DNA of 64,000 nt from an uncultured Pseudomonadales bacterium (GTDB lineage Bacteria > Patescibacteriota > Microgenomatia > UBA1400 > PJMF01): NCBI GenBank assembly GCA_964588685.1, contig CAZPQG010000002.1:35481-99480 (forward strand). Direction: 5' to 3'. Shown here in pieces: positions 41,813 through 50,908 of this stretch. How positions within the stretch are numbered: position 1 is the first letter of the stretch; each line of letters opens with the position of its first letter. Position numbers and translations under genes: made by a program. The notes under the pieces were generated by a model. That model saw nothing but the letters and a program-made list of their open reading frames with translations. It made no database searches and was not told where the DNA came from.

Positions 41813-43813
41813 TTATTCCCCTAAAACTAGGACTGCATCAAATTCTTCCGTCGGATCTTCAGTTCTAATTTCCTCAGAAAAAACCAGTTCCTGTTCTAAA
41901 TCTTCAGCCATTGTCTCTAGCAGAAGATCATCACGTTCAGCCATTAATAAATAAAAACCCGGTTCATAGGTATCAACTGCATTTTTAGCTTCAACTTCAC
42001 CATAACCTAAGTCTAATAATTCTGTAGAAATTTCTCCGGCATAACCTGCTTGAGTGGTGGCATTTACCACTCTTATTGAATATTCGGAGCGATCAATTTC
42101 CGGCTCCGGAGTAGGGGAGGGCTCTTCTTCAATTGTTTCAGGCTCTTCAACTTCAGTCGTTGTTTCCTGATCACCGGTCACCGGGGTCCGAATAGTGTCT
42201 GGTTGAGACAATTTTAATACTCCATAGCCAACGCCGATGCCAACCGCAACAGTTAATGCAAATGCTCCAAAGCCAACCAAAATCATTTTTAACAGGCCGC
42301 TGGTGCCATCATCATTTTTAATAGTTCTTTTCATGGTAGGCTGCTCCTTTGACTTTAAATTTTGTTTAGCTGATAATTTTTTTTCTTTACGTTTACTAGT
42401 GAATTTACTTAGGTCAACAGCAAACATATCACCATCCTCTTCTTTCTTTTTTTGATCAGATTGATCTACTTCTTTACTTTCAGCTGCCTCTTGAGCGCTG
42501 TCTTTAATTACTGCAGTTGATGCTGAAGCTGCTGCTGGCGCTGCTTGAGCAGCCGGCTGATAAACTCGTTTGCCAGCTTTGTCAGCTGATTTTTCCTCAG
42601 TGCCGCTGTCTGCTTGAGTCGCTCTTTCTGCTTCGTTTTTCTTAGATTGTTTTTCTTCTTGTGTTGAGATTGCCGTTTCTGGTTCCGGTTCTTCTTTTTT
42701 ATCATTTGTTTCTTGAGCTTGGCCCCCAGTTTTTTCAGCAACTGCTGCATCGTCTAGATCTATGGACGATTCAGGCTCAATTTCAACATCAGCCCTTTCA
42801 GTATCAGCAGCGTTCTTTTCATCGTCTGACATTGCTGCTGATTTTTCGCCCGGCTTAGGCAATTGGCCGGCAGCTCCATTTTTTTCTTCAGGAACTTTTT
42901 TTGCAGCATCAATTTCAACTGCTGCTTTTTTAAATTGATCTTTAATTTCAGCTGAAACTTTTATCTTTTCTCGGTTAAATTCAGGAATCTCAAATTCATC
43001 AATACTAATCGTACGCATGGCAATAGTCATAGCTTCTGCCACATAATTCGGCAATTCATCGCCATTCTCTTTTTGAACCAATTGTTGAATCGGTAAAATA
43101 TCATCCAACTTCTCTTTTAATTCATCTTCTACTGCCTCATTGGATAATAAATAAGCCGTTTGCAGGCTAGGCTCAACGCCTTTCAAGGTTTTAATTGCTT
43201 CTACAAACCGATCAATATTTTTTATGGAATCCACCATCGGCTGGTCTACACCAATATAATGTTTAGCCATAAATAAATTTTCTCCCAGCTGCAACAACGA
43301 AACAGAAGGTTCGAGAGAAATGATAGATTTAATAGTCCAGCTTAAGGGGTAAATTTTATTAAAAACAACTTTTTTACTTTCAAAAGCGTATTTAAGAGGA
43401 GCCAATATAGAATGCTGAACTGTTGATAATTGAACTTTAAAACTACCTTTATACTCACTTAAAATAAAAGTTTCGATTAAGTGCGAATCTGGAGAAATAT
43501 GTAAGCTAGGGATAACTTCTTCTGTTAAATGCTCTTTTACTTGAGCTTCATTTTCTTTTTCCAGATCAATAATAGTATTGGTAAACATTTCATCAGCCAA
43601 AACTATTTCAATTTCACCTTCCTCGAGTTTATCTTCAACCCTGGCTGCTAATTTAACAATGTTCTCAGGAATAAGCTGCCCGTCTTTAATGAGCTTACCA
43701 TTAAATTGCTTAAAACTTTGGATTGAAAAATTATGAGGTTTTTTGCCAGGTAAAAATTCAGCTAAATAAGCTAAATTTGGCAAAATGTATAAAAGTTTTT
43801 GGGTATCAAGCAT
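41813..43813 (-). CDS. Hypothetical bitopic protein: ~330-aa cytoplasmic domain, ~200-aa acidic/Lys-rich disordered linker, single TM, C-terminal LytR_C-like domain
   Basis: TM at LLKMILVGFGAFALTVAVGIGVGYGVL. C-terminal IRVVNATTQAGYAGEISTELLDLGYGEV...YLLMAER resembles the LytR_C/DUF4115 consensus. N-domain unassigned. Confidence 0.35.
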   Translation of the reverse strand: MLDTQKLLYILPNLAYLAEFLPGKKPHNFSIQSFKQFNGKLIKDGQLIPENIVKLAARVEDKLEEGEIEIVLADEMFTNTIIDLEKENEAQVKEHLTEEVIPSLHISPDSHLIETFILSEYKGSFKVQLSTVQHSILAPLKYAFESKKVVFNKIYPLSWTIKSIISLEPSVSLLQLGENLFMAKHYIGVDQPMVDSIKNIDRFVEAIKTLKGVEPSLQTAYLLSNEAVEDELKEKLDDILPIQQLVQKENGDELPNYVAEAMTIAMRTISIDEFEIPEFNREKIKVSAEIKDQFKKAAVEIDAAKKVPEEKNGAAGQLPKPGEKSAAMSDDEKNAADTERADVEIEPESSIDLDDAAVAEKTGGQAQETNDKKEEPEPETAISTQEEKQSKKNEAERATQADSGTEEKSADKAGKRVYQPAAQAAPAAASASTAVIKDSAQEAAESKEVDQSDQKKKEEDGDMFAVDLSKFTSKRKEKKLSAKQNLKSKEQPTMKRTIKNDDGTSGLLKMILVGFGAFALTVAVGIGVGYGVLKLSQPDTIRTPVTGDQETTTEVEEPETIEEEPSPTPEPEIDRSEYSIRVVNATTQAGYAGEISTELLDLGYGEVEAKNAVDTYEPGFYLLMAERDDLLLETMAEDLEQELVFSEEIRTEDPTEEFDAVLVLGE

Positions 43814-44094
43814 ATTTTTGGGCAGTTAGTTTAATAAAGGTTGACAACAAGCAATAAGTAATAAAAGTTCTGCCAACAGCCGGTCAAAAATTTACAGCTG
43901 CTTTGAAATTACAACCACTTCTTAGTATGAGCAAAAATCACTAATTTTGCAAGAGTAAATATGTATTAAAAAAGAGCTTTTTAAAAGCATGTTAACTAAC
44001 ATGTTAAATCAAACCTTTTTAAAAACAGCTATTTTAAAAAGACTTTGCTAGACGCAATATCTAAACAAAATGATGGTTTGACCCAGGCTTAATT

Positions 44095-44481
44095 CTAGTG
44101 ATCGTGCTCTGCTTCATAAGCTTCGGCTTCAGCCTTATTTTTATGCACTGTTCCAGCCGGATGATTAGGAGGAGAATAAATCGTATAAAGCTTCAGCGTC
44201 TTTTCTGGCGAAACATTAATGACATTATGTTCAGCACCGGCAGGAACAATCACCGCCTCGTCCTCTTGAGCTGTAATTTCCTCACCGTCTATGATAAATT
44301 TAGCCTGACCCTGCTCAAGTCTAAAAAATTGATCTACATTTTCATGAATTTCTAACCCGATTTCTTCTTTCGGCTTCAGTGCCATAAGCACTAGTTGCTG
44401 GTGTTGACCGGTAAAAATAACTTCTCTAAAATTTTCATTTTTCAGAGTAGCTGTTTCTATATTATCGTAATACCCCTTCAT
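44095..44481 (-). CDS. Cupin-domain protein
   Basis: Small beta-barrel with a conserved His/Glu pattern (HENVDQFF...EHNV). Confidence 0.55.
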   Translation of the reverse strand: MKGYYDNIETATLKNENFREVIFTGQHQQLVLMALKPKEEIGLEIHENVDQFFRLEQGQAKFIIDGEEITAQEDEAVIVPAGAEHNVINVSPEKTLKLYTIYSPPNHPAGTVHKNKAEAEAYEAEHDH

Positions 44482-44660
44482 ATTTAACCTTTCTTTTTTA
44501 ATTGTGTAGAAAAAATTCTTCTCTTAGTATCAATATAACAAATTATAATCACTTTAGAAATCACTAAAACTAAATTTCTAAGGAAGGAATTGCAAGATGA
44601 AAGAGGATTTACTGAAGAATATCTATCTTTAAAAACTAGCTAAAGTTAGTTTATTAATTA

Positions 44661-44676
44661 TGTGAGCCCGGTGGGA
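44661..44676. repeat. 16-nt direct repeat of the 3' end of tRNA-Lys (tgtgagcccggtggga), 165 bp from the tRNA copy; att-like
   Basis: Identical 16-mer at 44661..44676 and 44839..44854. The second copy is the T-stem/acceptor 3' terminus of tRNA-Lys. Confidence 0.5.
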
Positions 44677-44840
44677 ATCTACTGCTCGCTCACTTTTCAA
44701 GTTCGCTCCCAGCATTACTCGGGTGCTGCGCGTATTGTTAATTGGAACTCCGCACTCGACGGCTGAACCGTTGGTTTCTCATTCAACACCAAGCGACTTA
44801 CAAAATTAGTAACTTAGCTAAAGCTAAGTTATAAATTTTG

Positions 44841-44914
44841 TGAGCCCGGTGGGAGTCGAACCCACGACGCACAGCTTAAAAGGCTGTCGCTCTGACCACC
44901 TGAGCTACGGGCCC
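44841..44914 (-). tRNA. tRNA-Lys (anticodon TTT)
   Basis: Reverse complement GGGCCCGTAGCTCAGGTGGTCAGAGCGACAGCCTTTTAAGCTGTG...GTGGGTTCGACTCCCACCGGGCTCA. Confidence 0.8.
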
Positions 44915-45122
44915 TCGATTTAAAATTTTCTTTTTAGGATTAGAGGCATATTATACCAAGTACAGCTTAAAATCTCCATACTTTAAATAGAGCCACAACC
45001 TAAACAGCCAGCAATAATTTATTTAATTTTTAATTTTAATAATGACCAATATTACATTTCAACCTTCTCATTATTTTAAACCATAATACGCCATAATAGT
45101 CTATGGCCGCAAACCTACCAGC

Positions 45123-45692
45123 TTAAGCTCGAGATACATATGTTCCATTTTCAGTGTTAATCAGTAAAGTTTCGCCCTTTTCAATAAACAGAGGAACTTG
45201 CACCACCAAACCAGTTTCCATTTTCACCGGCTTAGTACCAGCACTGCTTCGATCTCCGGTTACAGCTTCCCTAGCTTCAGCTACCGTCATTCTCACTCTG
45301 GACGGCAAACTGACTGCTAACGGCCGATCTTTATAAATTAATAAATGCACTTTGAGCTCCGGCGCTAGAAAATCTTTTTTATTACCTAACACTGCCGCAG
45401 AGACTTCTATTTGTTCATAGCTGTTAGGATCCATAAAAACCAATTTGTCGTTAGAGGCATACAAAAACTGCATCTCTCTTGACCTAACACTAATTTGTTC
45501 TATTTCGTCGTGAGACTTAAAAACATGCTGAATAAAACTGCCTGTTTCTAAATTCTCCAACTTTGTTCTCGTAAAAGCGGAGCCTTTACCGGGAGAGACA
45601 AACTTTTTTTTAACTACCCTATAGGGTTGATCGTGATGCAGCAAATACATTCCTCGTTCAATATTACCTGCTTTGATTTTTGACATGGTCAA
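45123..45692 (-). CDS. efp: Elongation factor P
   Basis: KOW-like N-domain with the VSPGKGSAF loop and two OB domains; 189 aa. Confidence 0.85.
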   Translation of the reverse strand: MTMSKIKAGNIERGMYLLHHDQPYRVVKKKFVSPGKGSAFTRTKLENLETGSFIQHVFKSHDEIEQISVRSREMQFLYASNDKLVFMDPNSYEQIEVSAAVLGNKKDFLAPELKVHLLIYKDRPLAVSLPSRVRMTVAEAREAVTGDRSSAGTKPVKMETGLVVQVPLFIEKGETLLINTENGTYVSRA

Positions 45693-45804
45693 GATTTTAC
45701 CTTAAATTTATTACTTCTGTAAAGGAAAAGTGTTCAAACTCAATTCAATTATAATTTTATTTAACTCATTTAAAATTACTCGCCCTCACACAGTTAAAAT
45801 TAAA

Positions 45805-46782
45805 CTAAAAACCGAATGATTTAAGCAAGGCATAAATTACATAAAGCAGTAAAACTAAAATTGATTCTTTACGATCAAACTGCCGCTTGCTCAACAAAAA
45901 TAATACCACCACTACCGCGCATAATAATAAATAAGCTATGTCAAAAGTAGCTACCTCTCGAGCAATCGGCCAATCTGTGATTAAGGCTGACCCACCTAAA
46001 GCAGCTAATGTCACAATAATATTACCTCCCAGCATAGTTCCAACTGACAAGCGGCTGGAACCCTTAGTTAAAGCCGCTACCGACACAAACATTTCAGGCA
46101 GACTAACACCAATACCAATAATAAATACTCCTACTCCTAATTGATTAACATTTAATATATCAGCTGCGTTCAAACTCGAATTTACAGTTAATTCAGAAGC
46201 AAAGCCAATAATAATTAAGCCCACAATTAACTTAATAAAGGCTTTTAAATTAAGTTTAGTTTGTAATTTTTTTGACTTTCTTTTAAAACTTGCGATTGCT
46301 TTTGCTTGTGTTGATTTTAAACCATTTTTACTCAACAGCAATATATATAAAAAATAAGAAGCTAATAAAATCAAGCCATTTATCTGAGTAATTTTGCCAT
46401 TAATTGCAAATAAAAATAATAATAAAGTGCTAATAATTAAAGCTAAACCATTGCCGATTATTTCTTTTTTATCAACTTTAATGATTTGAAAAAGTCCGGC
46501 CAAACCAAGCACTAAAGTGATTCGAATCATATTAGAGCCCACAATACTGCCTATAATCAATTGTGAAACTTCTTCCCCTCCGGCTTGCCTAAAAGCACCA
46601 CTGAAAGTAATCACAATTTCAGTAAAATTTAAAGCAAAAGAAACTAAAGTCAAGCCTATAAAAGATTGTGACCAGCCTTTATTCTTTGCAATCATTACAG
46701 CGCCTTTAACAGTGAGTTCTGTGCCCAGCCACAATAAAACAAAAGAAATTATCAACAAGAAAAAATTAGCTTCTAAAGTCAT
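45805..46782 (-). CDS. CaCA-family cation/Ca2+ exchanger (YrbG-like)
   Basis: Two alpha-repeat motifs GTELTVKG... and ELTVNS...GVSLPE, ~10 TM segments. Confidence 0.7.
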   Translation of the reverse strand: MTLEANFFLLIISFVLLWLGTELTVKGAVMIAKNKGWSQSFIGLTLVSFALNFTEIVITFSGAFRQAGGEEVSQLIIGSIVGSNMIRITLVLGLAGLFQIIKVDKKEIIGNGLALIISTLLLFLFAINGKITQINGLILLASYFLYILLLSKNGLKSTQAKAIASFKRKSKKLQTKLNLKAFIKLIVGLIIIGFASELTVNSSLNAADILNVNQLGVGVFIIGIGVSLPEMFVSVAALTKGSSRLSVGTMLGGNIIVTLAALGGSALITDWPIAREVATFDIAYLLLCAVVVVLFLLSKRQFDRKESILVLLLYVIYALLKSFGF

Positions 46783-47101
46783 GTAGGTTTAAAAATATTT
46801 AATAAGTAGATTGACATAATTATTTACTGCAAATACTCATGGTAAATATAAACAATCCTATAACAAAAGGGTTAAGCAGTTTTTTGCCACCACCTTATTT
46901 ATTAAAACAAAATTTATTAATTTATGTTAGAGCAATACTAAAACTAAAGCCAATTCAAACTGCTGCTAATTCTAGTTAGTTAATAATTAAAAGGTAATTT
47001 TAAAGCTAAAAAGATACGGGATTTTTCAAAACCTTTATTTTTCAATGAACTATTAACAGCTATTATTAGCAGCTAAATTAACAGGTGGTTTTCTCTTAAA
47101 A

Positions 47102-47171
47102 TTAGCAACTCTTGACACTGTCTGCTAATTTGCTATATTAAAAATTAGCAATTATAAATTACAACTGCTAA
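47102..47171 (+). promoter_or_regulatory. Two TTAGCA-N15-TGCTAA (CIRCE-geometry) inverted repeats overlapping and following a TTGACA-16-TATATT promoter for hsp20; a third compact palindrome TTAGCAGCTAA lies at 47066..47076
   Basis: Sites at 47102-47128 and 47145-47171; -35 at 47112-47117; -10 at 47134-47139; AAAGG SD at 47181-47185. Confidence 0.6.
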
Positions 47172-47192
47172 TCTGCAGTGAAAGGCTTAACC

Positions 47193-47609
47193 ATGGATTT
47201 AATTCCATTCCAACCACTACAAATGTTAAATCGTTGGCCAGATTTTTGGGATGATCAAGATTGGCCTTTAACTACACAAGGATCTAATAACTTAGATCTT
47301 TATGAAACAGAAGATGAAATTGTGATTAAAACGAATGTAGCAGGAGTAGACGCTAATGATATTGATTTAACCTTTGAGGACGGAGTACTCTGGGTTAAAG
47401 CTGATAAGGTGGAAGAAAAAACTGATGAAGAAAAAAAACATTATGCTAAATCAGCTTGGAGTTATTCATATAAGATAGCTGTTCCGGGAAAAATTGACCC
47501 CAGTAAAGAACCTGCTGCTGAAGTTGAAAATGGCATTTTAACTGTTACTTTTGAGAAGGCTGAAATTTCTAAGCCTAAAAAACTCAAGGTAACTGCTAAG
47601 GAAAAGTAG
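47193..47609 (+). CDS. Small heat-shock protein (Hsp20/alpha-crystallin family)
   Basis: Alpha-crystallin-domain pattern (LDLYETEDEIVIK...GVLWVKADK...ENGILTV). ATG at 47193 is preferred over GTG at 47178 because of the SD spacing. Confidence 0.8.
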   Translation: MDLIPFQPLQMLNRWPDFWDDQDWPLTTQGSNNLDLYETEDEIVIKTNVAGVDANDIDLTFEDGVLWVKADKVEEKTDEEKKHYAKSAWSYSYKIAVPGKIDPSKEPAAEVENGILTVTFEKAEISKPKKLKVTAKEK

Positions 47610-47766
47610 CTTGGAATAAAGAGGCTAGAGCAGTTGGTGCATCAAAAACAAGCTAGCCACGCTCTAGCCTTTTTTTTGTTTATATTTTTATGATCATAGT
47701 ATCTATTGGCATTAATTTTTTATTAATCAGTCATTTTTATTTGCTTTGCTTCGCTATTGTTCATTT

Positions 47767-48786
47767 TTACTCGCTATCAACAACTGCCTCAATTCCAGCT
47801 TGAAAAGCTTCAAAAATATTAGTGGGCTGATTTTGTTCATCAAAAAAACTAAATTGAGAAAATTGTCCCGGAGCTCCTCGTAATATAAAGGGTGTAATGC
47901 CGATTACTTTAGGATGTGACCAAATATGCTGCATGGCATATAAATAATAACTTTTAAGCCAGGGGCGAGTATAGTGATTATCAACCCAGCCGGTTTCAGT
48001 AATAATTACCTTAAAATCTTTACCTGTTCTTTTCTTTAAAAAGTTAAGCTCATGTTCAAAGCCGCGAATTGAATCTTGAGCGGTTCGCGTTGGACTGGAG
48101 GAAAAACCAGGATTTGGATAAGAGTGAGAATTCCAAACATCAATATGATCAAAAATCCAAGGATTATGAGCCAGCATTTTTTTCAAATAAGTAAAAGCTT
48201 CCATGGTTTCATCTGAATTTGGAGCTGCTAAGTCCATTGCAGCCGGCATTACTACGTAATCCGCCTGCTCAGTATTTGCCCAGCTGGCAGCAAACTCTAA
48301 AACTTGAGTATAACTAAGTGGATCAACTTGACCTCCCCATTCCTGAGCATGATTTACTTCATTAAAAATAATCACGTGCCGTTGCTCAGTCGGCCAATCT
48401 AACTTATCCATAAACTGAAACATTTTTACGATCTGGTATCTAGTAGGACGGGCCCAAACACCAGGCTCTTCATGAAAAGTGGCTAGTCTTAATAGAGGAA
48501 TAAATTTATTTTTGCCGGCCTCCTGAAAAAATTTTTGCCACAGCTCCAACTGATTCAAGTCATTAACAGTTAATGGAATTGTTAAAAAATGCCAATCATC
48601 TTTCATTGCACCTTCTTTTAACAACAACTTAGCACTGTCTAAATCAGTTGGAGAAAGAATATGTACTCCTAAAACTTTATTTTCAATAGCTTGAGCTGAT
48701 GATGGGCGGAAAAGCTGCCCAAAAAAAAGGGAGGCGATAAAAATTACAATAAAAATTGGATGAAGTAAAAAATGTTTCAAACGCAT
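47767..48786 (-). CDS. Secreted clan GH-A (TIM-barrel) glycoside hydrolase-like protein
   Basis: Signal peptide/TM; FNEVN (NEP-like acid/base) and ITETGW (TExG nucleophile) motifs typical of the GH5/26/113 clan. Confidence 0.45.
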   Translation of the reverse strand: MRLKHFLLHPIFIVIFIASLFFGQLFRPSSAQAIENKVLGVHILSPTDLDSAKLLLKEGAMKDDWHFLTIPLTVNDLNQLELWQKFFQEAGKNKFIPLLRLATFHEEPGVWARPTRYQIVKMFQFMDKLDWPTEQRHVIIFNEVNHAQEWGGQVDPLSYTQVLEFAASWANTEQADYVVMPAAMDLAAPNSDETMEAFTYLKKMLAHNPWIFDHIDVWNSHSYPNPGFSSSPTRTAQDSIRGFEHELNFLKKRTGKDFKVIITETGWVDNHYTRPWLKSYYLYAMQHIWSHPKVIGITPFILRGAPGQFSQFSFFDEQNQPTNIFEAFQAGIEAVVDSE

Positions 48787-49013
48787 AAAGACAAAAATCT
48801 CTTTTAATTAAAAATTAATGTAATCAATTATTTTCAAGCACTTTGTCGCTTATTTTGTCTCTTTCAATTTATCTCCTATCAGCTATTATTTTACTACAAT
48901 TTATCTTTAAATATACAGCTTTATATCCTTCATTTGTACTTCCCAATTATATTTCCTTACGAAGGAATTTCTTTTTTGCAGTTTTGCCTTAATCTTTATG
49001 CTATACTGACACT

Positions 49014-49673
49014 ATGAAAAAAATTTGGAAAACTTTACTGTGGCTGTCGTTTGCAACTTCCACCATTTTATCAAGTATTATTCTCTTTTGTTTATTTTAT
49101 CAAACCCCGCAAACTACCATTGTGCAGCAAGAATTACAGCAGGTCAGTATTAACTCCAGCAACCAAGAAAATACTAAGGTGCAAGGAATACAAAGCACTG
49201 TTAAACTGGAAGACGCTCGAGCAGAAATTGTAGCAAATTTTTTAGCCCAGCACAATTCTCCTTTAAGACCTTACACTTATTACGGTCAATTGCTAGTTAA
49301 AATCGCAGACCGCCATCAATTAGATTTTAGATTTTTGCCTGCTATTATGATGCAAGAAAGCAATCTGTGCAAAAATATTCCTGAAGGGACTTATAACTGC
49401 TTAGGTTTTGGCATTCATTCCGGAGGCACTTTAGGTTTTGAAAGCTATGAGGCAGGTTTTGAACGAGCAGCTCGAGAACTACGCGCCAATTATGTAGAAC
49501 AAGGCAGAATTAAAGTCTCAGAAATAGCTCGCAAATATACTGCCAGTGTTGATCAGTGGACTAATGCAGTCAGCCAATTTATGTCTGAAATGGAATATGA
49601 TGATCGACAAAAGGGAATTGAGAAAAGAGGTGATGCCAGTGTTTTGGAATACGTAAGGTTGGATGAATTATAA
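49014..49673 (+). CDS. Membrane-anchored lysozyme-like/SLT-like domain protein
   Basis: N-terminal TM; AIMMQESNL resembles the lytic transglycosylase catalytic E-S motif. Weak assignment. Confidence 0.3.
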   Translation: MKKIWKTLLWLSFATSTILSSIILFCLFYQTPQTTIVQQELQQVSINSSNQENTKVQGIQSTVKLEDARAEIVANFLAQHNSPLRPYTYYGQLLVKIADRHQLDFRFLPAIMMQESNLCKNIPEGTYNCLGFGIHSGGTLGFESYEAGFERAARELRANYVEQGRIKVSEIARKYTASVDQWTNAVSQFMSEMEYDDRQKGIEKRGDASVLEYVRLDEL

Positions 49674-49846
49674 TTTATAAGTTAATTATAAGATGATTTA
49701 ATTTTTAATATTCTATAATATTTTCAATCATATTAATATCTTTTGATAGTCAATGAATAAGGATTGACAATCTTATAATAATTCTATATAGTAATAAATA
49801 CCTCAGAAGGTTCTCCTCACCGGGAGATACGTTCTGAGTCAAAAAA

Positions 49847-49872
49847 CCTCGAGGCAACTCGAGGTTTTTTTT
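49847..49872. terminator. Bidirectional rho-independent terminator (A-run, CCTCGAGG...CTCGAGG hairpin, T-run)
   Basis: aaaaaacctcgaggcaactcgaggtttttttt, read directly. Confidence 0.6.
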
Positions 49873-49873
49873 G

Positions 49874-49956
49874 TGCCGAAGAGAGGAGTCGAACCTCCAA
49901 GGGCAAAGCCCACACGGTCCTAAGCCGTGCGCGTCTACCAGTTCCGCCACTTCGGC
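49874..49956 (-). tRNA. tRNA-Leu (anticodon TAG), long variable arm
   Basis: Reverse complement GCCGAAGTGGCGGAACTGGTAGACGCGCACGGCTTAGGACCGTG...GGTTCGACTCCTCTCTTCGGCA. Confidence 0.8.
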
Positions 49957-50051
49957 TCTTTATTTAAAAATACTTGCAAAATCATTGTCTAAAGAAAAAA
50001 TTTTCCGAACTTATTTGCAAACACTCTTATTTTACAATATCTTAATGATTA

Positions 50052-50756
50052 ATGCAGTATGACACCCGTTTTTCAGCCCGAGCCAAACATATCTCAATTA
50101 AAATTGAATTTCCCTCACAAGTGGTGGTAGTTGCACCCAAAAAGACTTCTCCCAAAAAAATTAAGAACTTTGTACAAAATCAGACTGATTGGATTAAAAA
50201 AAATCTTAAAAAAATTAAACAAAAACATGCTCGTATTGAATCAAATTCTCAAATTTTAATTTTAGGCACTAAATATCAAAAAAAATACATTTTTGATCAA
50301 CAGCAACCCTTGCGAATTTTTGTTAAAAACCAACAGCTTTTTTTTAATTATCCTCAACTAAATTCTGAAGCACGCTCACAATATTCAAATAAAACAATTC
50401 CTTCATCAGCCGCCATTAAGAAAGACTTAGAAATATTTTTAAAAAAAATAGGTCGCAGGTATTTACGGCAGAAAACTAAAAATTTAGCTCAAAAAATAAA
50501 TGTCAGCTATTCTAAAATCAATCTCAGAAATCAGAAAACACGCTGGGGCAGCTGTTCCGGTAAAAAAACAATTAGTTTAAATTGGCGGTTAGTACATTAT
50601 CCAACTCAAATTATTGATTATGTTATTATTCATGAACTAACTCATCTAATCCACCCAAATCATTCTAAAAAATTTTGGCAGCAGGTGGCACAATTTGATC
50701 CCGACTACAAACAGCATCGCTCTTATCTTAAAAAATACGGAGTAACTTTTAACTAA
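50052..50756 (+). CDS. DUF45/YgjP-family metal-dependent hydrolase (M48-like HExxH)
   Basis: C-terminal IIHELTHLIHPNHS motif and WxxxV tail typical of the family. Confidence 0.65.
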   Translation: MQYDTRFSARAKHISIKIEFPSQVVVVAPKKTSPKKIKNFVQNQTDWIKKNLKKIKQKHARIESNSQILILGTKYQKKYIFDQQQPLRIFVKNQQLFFNYPQLNSEARSQYSNKTIPSSAAIKKDLEIFLKKIGRRYLRQKTKNLAQKINVSYSKINLRNQKTRWGSCSGKKTISLNWRLVHYPTQIIDYVIIHELTHLIHPNHSKKFWQQVAQFDPDYKQHRSYLKKYGVTFN

Positions 50757-50908
50757 ACAGTTTAATACGGCGGTATTTACTATAATAATAAACACACAGA
50801 CTACAGCCATACTTTAACAAAGCCTCTGATAATTTAGACGCTGTTACATCAGAGTATTGAACTAAAAAAACTTTTTAAATTAATTCATGGTAAAAAAATC
50901 ACAACCTT

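Noticed and set aside
42508-42750. 80-aa Lys/Arg/Gln-rich ORF
   Set aside because: Lies inside the low-complexity linker region of the 41813..43813 gene in another frame; a compositional artefact. Same for 42237..42455 and 42661..42858.
44655-44830. Possible tmRNA (ssrA) because the segment ends with a tRNA-like CCCACCGGGCTCAC terminus
   Set aside because: No T-arm can be formed upstream of the terminus (no GTGGG/TTCRANT block), no tag-peptide reading frame ending in a hydrophobic ALAA-like tail, and only ~165 nt are available. The terminus is an exact copy of the adjacent tRNA-Lys end, which is better explained as an att-type duplication.
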